Assembly: GCA_030141605.1 (NCBI GenBank)
Contig: JAQGDQ010000845.1
Coordinates: 24,413 to 88,412, forward strand
Direction of reading: 5' to 3'
Length of the DNA stretch: 64,000 nucleotides
From: Tubiluchus corallicola
Taxonomy: Eukaryota; Animalia; Priapulida
The notes below the pieces were generated by a model that was not told the DNA's origin, searched no databases, and saw nothing but the letters and a program-made list of their open reading frames with translations. Below are positions 13,903 to 64,000 of this stretch, in pieces. How positions within the stretch are numbered: the first letter of the stretch is position 1; each line of letters starts with the position of its first letter. Both the position numbers and the translations under genes were made by a program.

Positions 13903-14904
13903 ATGTCCCCTACCGGACAATGCAGCTTCTGTGCATTCACGTTTGCACCCTTGAGACCGAAACTGACCACCGATAGCTTGAAAATTCTGACCATGGTCAT
14001 TTTAATAGGCATAATACTCATCGCTTTGATCAACATCCATCACAACTACAGGAGGAAGAGACAACAGCAGAATCGTAACACGACAACCTTGTCCAAAGAC
14101 GCAGAGGAAGACTTCCGGAAAAGGAGGACACGTACTATGAATGCGTGCTGGGACATGTACGGGCCGGTACCTCCCCCAATGACATCCACAAACTGGAGGT
14201 ACCTTATCGTAAATGATAAACACAAACTTATTTACTGCGCCGTGCCAAAAGTAGCCAGTACCGGATGGAAACGGATCATGACGGTTCTGACGTACGGCAA
14301 CTACGTGAAGGATGTTGCGGATTTGGGACTCATGCAGACCAAGTTTGTAGAACTGCCAAGGATGTCGCAATACAATGCGACACAACAGAAGTACAGGATA
14401 GACAATTATTACAAGATCATGTTTATCAGGCATCCTCTGGAAAGACTCGTGTCGGCTCACAGGGACAAGGTCGTCCAAGGCATTGCAGACACTTTCAAGA
14501 CCAACCAAAGAGCAAGAAAGAAGTACAAACAGCGTAGAAACGTATCCGGTAATATCACTTCCTTCCGGGAGTTTCTGCAGTTCCTCTTGGAGCCGGATTC
14601 CTATCTGAGAGCCAACAGAATTAACGAACGTTGGGAACCATACGAACACCTGTGTAATCCGTGCCACATGGATTACGACTTCATCGGAGAATTGCGGACT
14701 CTACAGAGAGACACAGATTTTATAATAAACGACAGAAGCCTGCCTGGTGTGACGCTGGTAGACAACAACGACCCAAATAAGATGCAAGAGAGGAATGCTC
14801 ATCGGTTATTTTGGAGCGCTTACAAGAATATCTCAAGAAGTTTAATCCACAGGGTGTGTGAACGTTATAAACATGATTTGTACATGTTCGGATACACATG
14901 CTGA
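13903..14904 (+). CDS. Carbohydrate sulfotransferase, HNK-1ST/CHST11-like (Sulfotransfer_2), type II membrane protein
   Basis: N-terminal TM segment; 5'-PSB YCAVPKVASTGWKR; 3'-PB FIRHPLERLVSAHRDK; CNPCHMDYDFIG; C-terminal YKHDLYMFGY; single coding exon preceded by ttttgttgcag acceptor. Confidence 0.93.
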   Translation: MSPTGQCSFCAFTFAPLRPKLTTDSLKILTMVILIGIILIALINIHHNYRRKRQQQNRNTTTLSKDAEEDFRKRRTRTMNACWDMYGPVPPPMTSTNWRYLIVNDKHKLIYCAVPKVASTGWKRIMTVLTYGNYVKDVADLGLMQTKFVELPRMSQYNATQQKYRIDNYYKIMFIRHPLERLVSAHRDKVVQGIADTFKTNQRARKKYKQRRNVSGNITSFREFLQFLLEPDSYLRANRINERWEPYEHLCNPCHMDYDFIGELRTLQRDTDFIINDRSLPGVTLVDNNDPNKMQERNAHRLFWSAYKNISRSLIHRVCERYKHDLYMFGYTC

Positions 14905-15659
14905 TAGTTGTGTATAAAAATAGAACTAGCTCAGAGATGAGAACCTGATTTTGACAATTAGAAATGATGTTTCTCTTTAAACAGGCACATTTGTGAAGAG
15001 GATTTCAGCACATTCAGGTTGCAAAGTAAAACCTTGTCTGTGGAAGTTGGAATTGTACATTATAATTAGGTGCTGCCATCTATGGGCTAATCCTGTTACA
15101 TTCTACCAGCTGACTTACCCCCAGTATAATTGTATGGTCCAGTGAATGCATATTCACTGGTTCTCTCCCTATTTTAAAGTAATGGTTGTTGTGAAGCCTG
15201 TGCAAGTCTGCATAGGTCACCTATACCTATATATACTGACTGGTTTTGCTTTCTAGTCACTCTCACTCTCAGTGTTCAGTGCAGTAGTCATGCTACTCAT
15301 GTGTCTGTAGTTTAATAAACACTTTTCTGTTGGGTGCAGTGCAAATATGTATTATAGATTTTTTATTCTTGTTCATACTTCTGTGCCTAAACTCAATCAT
15401 AACAAAGTGAGTGATTTACAACTTCAAACATGACTTTTACATTGTCCATAGAATGTTCCAGTTTTTATAATGGCTGCGTCTAGTCGCTTCATCTCCAGTA
15501 GACACTGATCTCGTTATGGCAAGTTGTGTAAGAAATAGTTACTTAAGAAAACAATACGAAAAAGATAAGAAATGTTGATTTCAGTTGTCATGACAACACT
15601 TCAAAGCAGCGGGTGTTACTAGGTGTACTGATACTACAATTATTTTGTAAAATAATTGT

Positions 15660-16580
15660 AAACTAATGACCATATTTGTGCCTCTGGTCACAAAGCTGAT
15701 TTTAATAATTTCAGCATTGTGGCCAGAGCTACAAATAACTGGGACTTATTAATAAAAGAAAGTTTATCTATATATCCTAATAAGACTTCTCTTAATGTAG
15801 AAGACAGTTCAATTCCTTCAACTTTATTTCTAAACACTCAGCTATTTGTTACTGTATCAATTTCTTGTCTACAGGTTTGCTTAATCATTACCTATTAGAC
15901 TTTTTGTAAATACATAATTAGTGCATAATTTACTGTATCAATTTCTTGTCTACTGGTCTGCTTAATCATTTACCTATTAGACTTTTTGTAAATATATAAT
16001 CAGTGCATAATTTACTGTATCAATTTCTTGTCTACTGGTCTGCTTAATCATTTACCTATTAGACTTTTTGTAAATATATAATTAGTGCATAATTTACTGT
16101 ATCAATTTCTTTTCTACAGGTCTGCTTAATCATTACCTATTTGGCTTTTTGTAAATACATAATTAGTGCATGATTTACAGTATCAATTTCTTTTCTACAG
16201 GTCTGCTTAATCATTACCTATTTGGCTTTTTGTAAATACATAATTAGTGCATGATTTACAGTATCAATTTCTTTTCTACAGGTCTGCTTAATCATTACCT
16301 ATTTGGCTTTTTGTAAATATATAATTAGTGCATAATTTACAGTATCAATTTCCTTTCTACTGCTCTGCTTATTCATTTCCTATTTGGCTTTTGTTAAATA
16401 CCTAATTGATGCATAATGTTCTAAACTGTAGAATCTGCCTATACAAACTGATTGTATATTTGTAAATATAGCACTGGTGATGACAGCAGTAGTCTATCGA
16501 AACATATGGCATGATTTTAACTATGCAAAGTAAAAGCTTTAATATAATTGTGTTGTCTTAACTATAATTGTGAACTATTT
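15660..16580 (+). mobile_element. Penelope-like element 3' remnant (GIY-YIG C-terminus plus pLTR)
   Basis: Translation FSIVARATNNWDLLIKESLSIYPNKTSLNVEDSSIPSTLF; downstream ctggtgatgacag...cgaaac motif shared with 52935-53100. Confidence 0.6.
15850..16420. repeat. Tandem array, ~81-82-bp unit, ~7 copies
   Basis: tactgtatcaatttcttgtctacaggtctgcttaatcattacctatt... recurring. Confidence 0.92.
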
Positions 16581-16626
16581 TTCATAACAAACAAAAATAA
16601 GATGTATGATTCTTATTGTACAGGTA

Positions 16627-17199
16627 CAGTCAACTTCGGATATAAGTGACATCTCCGGACCAGAAAAAACCGTCCCTTACATCCGATGTCCCTTATAGCT
16701 GAAGTTGAGTCAGACCGAGGATGTATCTAGACCTGTACTTTTCTGTACTTTTACCCATATTTTCATGGATTATTGCTACACATTCAGTGCAAACGGTATG
16801 TAGGAAGCTCCTTCAGTGATGCGAGATGTATGTGACCACGGAAACCGAGCTGTTCGAAGGCAGAGTTTGCAAAAAATTGACGTTAAGTTAAAAATCGATC
16901 AATTTCGCTTTGATTATAGGGTCCCTTATATAGAGGTAATTTACCTGGGTTTCTGTTATGCGGGACCTGAAGATATCATCCCTTATATAGAGGTAATTTA
17001 CCTGGGTTTCTGTTAAGCGGGACCTGAAGATATCGTCCCTTATATTCGAGGTAATTTACCCGGGTTTCTGTTATGCGGGACCTGAAGATATCGTCCCTTA
17101 TATCCGAGTATGTTATATACAAAGATTTTTACATATGAAAAATCGGGACCGATGTTGGTGGTCCCTTATAAGCGAGTACGTTGTACCCGAGGTTGACTG
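16627..17199. mobile_element. Tc1/pogo(Tigger)-type MITE
   Basis: TA|cagtcaacttcgga ... cccgaggttgactg|TA; internal ~57-bp repeats. Confidence 0.8.
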
Positions 17200-17415
17200 T
17201 ATGCTTATTGTACTGAGAAGTGTTAACTCCTTTGTCTTTCTTTAGTAAATGTACTGTACAGGCTTGATTATATACGTACAATATATATATATACAAATCT
17301 CTGCTGCAAAGATTTCGCCTACGAATGGAGCCTATGTAACATGTTTTGATAACTCATTGCAGCAAAAGTGTCGCTAACCACTACATGACAGGCAGGAAGA
17401 AACAGCACAGTGGAC

Positions 17416-18363
17416 ATGGTGCTGAAATTGGCGAAATGGATGAGACTTGCCTTGACAGTGATGCTCTTGGTCATCATGGTAATGATAGCGGCACACGTAA
17501 TGTCGGTAAATGACAGTCGTTCCACGGAGGCACTAGACGAGAGCATTGACAAATCATCCGAGTATTTAGCTGCTGAAGAAGAGATCAGAAAAACGCGAGT
17601 CCATGCCATAGACGCTTGTTGGAAGCTGTGGCACGAAAAGCCACCGAAAATGTCCAAGATACAATATCATCATCTGCTAGTGAACGACAAGCGAAGGATC
17701 ATATTCTGTTTTGTTCCACAAGTTGCCAGCGCGAAATGGAGACGAATCATGGCAAGCGAAAGTTCTCATGCGGGAAATACGAGTCCAAATCGGACGCAAT
17801 TTGTTCGACTTCAAACCCTGATGAATTACAACCAGAAGGAACGTAATAGCAGGATGGACACGTATCGCAGGGTCATGTTCGTTAGACATCCGTTAGAACG
17901 AGTTGTGTTCGCATGGAGAGACGCAATGAAAAACATCAATAAAAGCGAAGCAAACAATCAGAAGACAAGAGATGATAGAGTCGATGGTTCAAAACCCGTG
18001 CAGTTTAACGAATTCGTGCAACGTGTTTTAAATTCTGAATCGGACATGGTGAAGAATCCGCACCAGAAGGCAAGCGTACATTTGGAATCGTTTGAGAAGT
18101 CGTGTAATCCGTGTCAAATGGACTACGATTATATAGGCAACGCAAATGCTTTCAGAAGAGATTCGCGTGTCATCATCAGTAAATTAGACCTCGGTGACGA
18201 TCACTTATCAATGTTTGGGAAAAATGAGGCGGCAAAACCAAACAACAGAGCAGTCGGTTACTGGGACTACTACAAGGACGTTCCATCGGGAACGGTGAAC
18301 AGGTTATGTGACAGATACAAAAATGATATGATCATGTTTAATTATAAATGTGTTCCGCCTTAA
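17416..18363 (+). CDS. Carbohydrate sulfotransferase-like paralog (CHST11-like) with degenerate PAPS-binding motifs
   Basis: TM anchor; FCFVPQVASAKWRR; FVRHPLERVVFAWRD; CNPCQMDYDYIG; YKNDMIMFNY; intact ORF. Confidence 0.9.
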   Translation: MVLKLAKWMRLALTVMLLVIMVMIAAHVMSVNDSRSTEALDESIDKSSEYLAAEEEIRKTRVHAIDACWKLWHEKPPKMSKIQYHHLLVNDKRRIIFCFVPQVASAKWRRIMASESSHAGNTSPNRTQFVRLQTLMNYNQKERNSRMDTYRRVMFVRHPLERVVFAWRDAMKNINKSEANNQKTRDDRVDGSKPVQFNEFVQRVLNSESDMVKNPHQKASVHLESFEKSCNPCQMDYDYIGNANAFRRDSRVIISKLDLGDDHLSMFGKNEAAKPNNRAVGYWDYYKDVPSGTVNRLCDRYKNDMIMFNYKCVPP

Positions 18364-18470
18364 TTTTACGTGATTTTAAGCTAATAAACTTTGTAACAAG
18401 AATTCAATTAAAAGAGTAACATAACAGACATGTTAAACCAGTGATTTGTTGTTACGTACACAATAAACAG

Positions 18471-19007
18471 AGTAGATTGCTTGCAGCTGCACGTACTGCA
18501 CGTCAAGGTAGTGGTCGTTTAAATAGTACACGTCAAAAGCGAATATACTTTGTCTGTCATGTAGATAGCTTGCAGCAGCACATACTGCACATCAAGGAAG
18601 TGGTCGTTTAAATAGTACCCGTGAAAAGCGAATATACTTTGCCTGTCACGTAGATTGCTTGCAGCAGCACATACTGCACGTCAAGGTAGTGGTCGTTTAA
18701 ATAGTACACGTCAAAAGCGAATATACTTTGCCTGTCACGTAGATTGCTTGCAGCAGCACATACTGCACATCAAGGTAGTGGTCGTTTAAATAGTACCCGT
18801 GAAAAGCGAATATACTTTGTCTGTCATGTAGATCGCTTGCAGCAGCACATACTGCACGTCAAGGTAGTGGTCGTTTGAATAGTACCCGTGAAAAGCGAAT
18901 ATACTTTGCCTGTCACGTAGATTGCTTGCAGCAGCACATACTGCACGTCAAGGTAGTGGTCGTTTAAATAGTACCCGTGAAAAGCGAATATACTTTGCCT
19001 GTCACGT
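18471..19007. repeat. Tandem array, ~89-bp unit, 6 copies
   Basis: gtagattgcttgcagc recurs at 18471, 18561, 18650, 18739, etc. Confidence 0.95.
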
Positions 19008-19277
19008 TTTTCAAATTTATAACTATCCATAGTACATTCACTTTTCTCGGTAAGTCGCTAAAATAGTTGTTATTTTATGCAACTTTGATTTACGTGTTTC
19101 TTTTTGCAACATGTCATGAGCTTAGAGGACTTAGTTCAACTTCAGGACTCGGACCCCATGCAGAAGATTTCAGAGTGACTTGATTTCAAAGATAGTAAGC
19201 TCATTCCACATTTCCATACCCAAAGGAGTTAAAGGCATTTCACGAAAGGGAAAAAGCGTTGTCACATTTGTTTCCTC

Positions 19278-20317
19278 CAGTGGTGGTTCCTAGTTAAAAT
19301 TGCCGGGATCGCTGCTTCAGAAAATGTTTAGCCATTGTTTTAATACTGTGTAAAACGTAACAAACATACGTAATTTTAATGTTGTATTTTGTAATTGTAA
19401 TTCAGGGATGAGAATGACAAATCGCAAAATACTCTGAAACAGGCCGGGAGTTTTGGGGCCATCTAGGCCTCCAATGGGGCTGAAGGACAAAGCCCCCCTA
19501 GAGCCAGCAACAAATTGCAATTTTGTGACCATAGAGAGCCTCCTCTAAGTGGACTTAAAATATCAATTACCTTGTTTCATGCACAATTTAAAATACCCAA
19601 CTATCAAGGATACATGATACCTAATTGTTTCAAAAACGCCTAACTACTGGCCGCTCCTATGCAAAAGTATATAAAAACTGTCTGTAATTGACTCAAATAA
19701 CTGCGCACAATTGATTCTATATTTTTATACATAGAGATCTACACGTGGTTACACTGATGTACGTGATGTAAACAAAGTGACGACCTGCCAACTAGCGGTC
19801 AGCTTGTGAAATAATGTACTGGGTCCATAAAAATTTCCTCAACGAATTTACGCGATTTACAAAAATGGCACTACTGGTTTTCCAAAACCTCGGAATTCTG
19901 CGTATCCGCGGAAAATTGAGTCCCTGGTAATTTTAAACAAACAAACATACGAAGTTTTATACATAAACTTGATAAAATTCTAAACAAAAAATATTTTTTG
20001 CTTATTAGCAGCCCAAAAGGTGGCAGTTCAAGCTTGATCCATTCATAGTAAGCTCGTGACAACTGACAACAAACTGTGTGAGCGACAGTACTTTTTCTAC
20101 CTGGGCCCAGACATGTGCACATGGCCGCATGCATACAACAACCAAACACAACACTGTGCTGAGCTGTGAAGCAAACAGTACTACTCTCACGTGCTCCGGT
20201 TCCGTGCAAATACAAAAAAGAACTAAAGAAAAAATATTATATTGAATATTATCTATAATATTGAGTGAAAATAGGGGGTGCTGAAGTTTCACATTACCTA
20301 TGCATGAGCCGCCACTG
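19278..20317. mobile_element. hAT-type non-autonomous element with nested insertions
   Basis: TIR cagtggtgg.../...ccgccactg; 8-bp TSD gtttcctc/gtttgctc; nested caggga...tccctg segment (~19403-19926) and a fragment of the 28720/31197 MITE family. Confidence 0.75.
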
Positions 20318-20460
20318 GTTTGCTCTAAATATGTGAGCATTCCCGTAATCCAAGAGTCATTGTACTACACCACACAATCAAATCAAGTATACATGAAAGT
20401 AATCACTACAAAGAGTGTAAACAACGGATCGGCATCATAATAAAGACATAAACAACATAC

Positions 20461-54706
<34,246 letters not shown>

Positions 54707-55429
54707 CTATCAAAAAACACAGAAAAGATATTTAGCTTCTTCCGCTAATTATGGAATGCCTGAAACTTTGGCAACTGCTTGGTTGCCCTTTCCTTATCTT
54801 CTACAAGCCTGTTAATTTGCCGTTGCCGTATTTAAATTTCGATTACAAAAAAAACCTCAAGCTGATTCGCCTGAAACTAACAAAAGCAGGATGTGCACTG
54901 TTGGCGTTTAAAGGAAGACAGGATGATTTTTCGTACACTACCTCATTTTCAAGTTTAATAAAAAGCATACATTTTAACACAATTAACACTGCAAAAGCGT
55001 TTCCAATAAATAAATAATAGATTAAAAACTTAATTAAAGGCAAGCGAGCCCACTATTGAGGACATCACAAACTAACATAATTTTCAGCAGCAGAAACATT
55101 CCATGAGCGTGTTGCACGTGTTTGCGAAAGCGAAAATTGAACTACAGTGCTACTGTAAGATATTCAATGTGTTGTACTAAAACTAGGCAAGTTTTAAGAT
55201 AAAAATTTAAATTACAAATTTACTGCTGTGCTTACGCATGAGGTGTTGAACGTGTGCAATTCGTCACAAATGAACACATCTGAACTGAGAGGTGCAGCAC
55301 CTGCTTTTTGGACAATGCTTTTCCGAAAGGCAGGCGCTAGTGTCCATCTAACTGGCAAAAGACGAAATGCATGTAACAGTGAAGAACTAGTGGCGCGTAA
55401 GTTTATTAGTACAAAAATGAGTTTATTAG

Positions 55430-56189
55430 TACAAAAAACAATGGCTGACTTTAATAGCTATTTTCTCAAGATTATGTTTTTCACTGTGCAGCCTGCACCT
55501 CAACTTCAATGTGGATTATCTCAGCTTAGAAATAACATACAGCAATGACCTTGGTATCAAAATGATCCTCATGAAATGGAGATTCAGGACATGTGAATAA
55601 CTAGAGAATCTTAATTGCTGACTTATGGATGACTTTGCTATTCAAGCACACAATTATTTGTTTGTTGATATTTTCAGATGCCACAAGTACGCTAGCCATG
55701 GGAGTAAATCTTCCTGCTCATCTAGTGATTATAAAATCTACGCAATATTATGATATGGGCGTGTCCAAAGAATACTCCGAGACGCAGGTACGTATTATGA
55801 TATGGGCGTGTCCAAAGAGTACTCCGAGACGCAGGTACGTATTATGATATGGGCGTGTCCAAAGAGTACTCCGAGACGCAGGTACGTATTATGATATGGG
55901 CATGTCCAAAGAGTACTCCGAGACGCAGGTACGCATTATGATATGGGCGTGTCCAAAGAGTACTCCGAGACGCAGGTACGTATTGTGATATGGGCGTGTC
56001 CAAAGAGTACTCCGAGACGCAGGTACGTATTATGATGTGGGCGTGTCCAAAGAGTACTCGGGAACGCATTACGTATTGTGATATGGGCGTGTCCAAAGAA
56101 ATTACTCGAGACGCAAGGTACGTATTATGATATGGGCGTGTCCAAGAGTACTCGAGACGCAGGTACGGCTTTCGTTGCGTTTTCTCAAC
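55430..56189 (+). pseudogene. HFM1: Inverted duplicate of the HFM1 motif-V exon (55678-55787) with its upstream repeat and 47-bp donor array
   Basis: Reverse complement of ~51322-52080; same peptide with synonymous differences; orphan orientation. Confidence 0.75.
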
Positions 56190-56226
56190 TACTAGGGATG
56201 TGTTTTAAATATAGCTTATATTTCAG

Positions 56227-63602
<7,376 letters not shown>

Positions 63603-64000
63603 GTATGTTATTTAATTTTCTTTTTAGTTTCTTGGTGTTTTGCACCGTAATTTTTGTACATCTTATTTCAGCAAAAACTGTCATTGCAGCATCTTCATTA
63701 ATACCACACACAGATTGCCAATCCTACTTCCACAATAATAAAAATTTGCCAAAAATGCTTGCAATCTCTGTTGCAGGAGAAAGAACATTTTTACGTGAAA
63801 GAACTTTCTTTTGAAGCTAATATAAAGTTACTTATCCGAAGTACTTCTTTTTCAGATCGTTTTCGCATTTTAGTTGAATCCTTTGACCTGCCATGGAAAA
63901 ATTGCATAACCACTTATCACAGGTCGTGATTATACAGTGTGATTAAAAGCACAGTATAGCTATTTTTCAATTATTAATGTGTAATGCTACATCTATGCTA

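Noticed and set aside
14002-14667. 221-aa antisense ORF
   Set aside because: Shadow of the sulfotransferase CDS with no motifs

Overview
AT-rich, intron-containing animal genomic DNA. The gene and repeat content suggests a marine invertebrate such as a tunicate or other deuterostome (inference). It contains: (1) two single-exon HNK-1ST/CHST11-family carbohydrate sulfotransferase paralogs (+; 13903-14904 and 17416-18363), the second lacking key PAPS-binding residues; (2) the 3' part of an HFM1/MER3 meiotic helicase gene (-; 22 phase-consistent exons, 54706 down to 20461); (3) a tandem-duplicated cbEGF/pentraxin-domain gene (+; 56227 to at least 63602); (4) many mobile elements: 5S-derived SINE3s, piggyBac-, hAT- and Tc1/pogo-type MITEs, RTE/CR1/Penelope remnants and an odd LTR-PBS mini-element; (5) about 15 locally generated tandem arrays. 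The most striking pattern is that several arrays are amplifications of splice junctions: an HFM1 exon end plus donor about 52 times and another about 9 times, a probable 17-nt microexon about 57 times, and acceptors. HFM1 and the pentraxin gene both lack their 5' parts and meet head-to-head around an inverted copy of one HFM1 exon, which points to a rearrangement breakpoint or a mis-assembly at about 54.7-56.2 kb.
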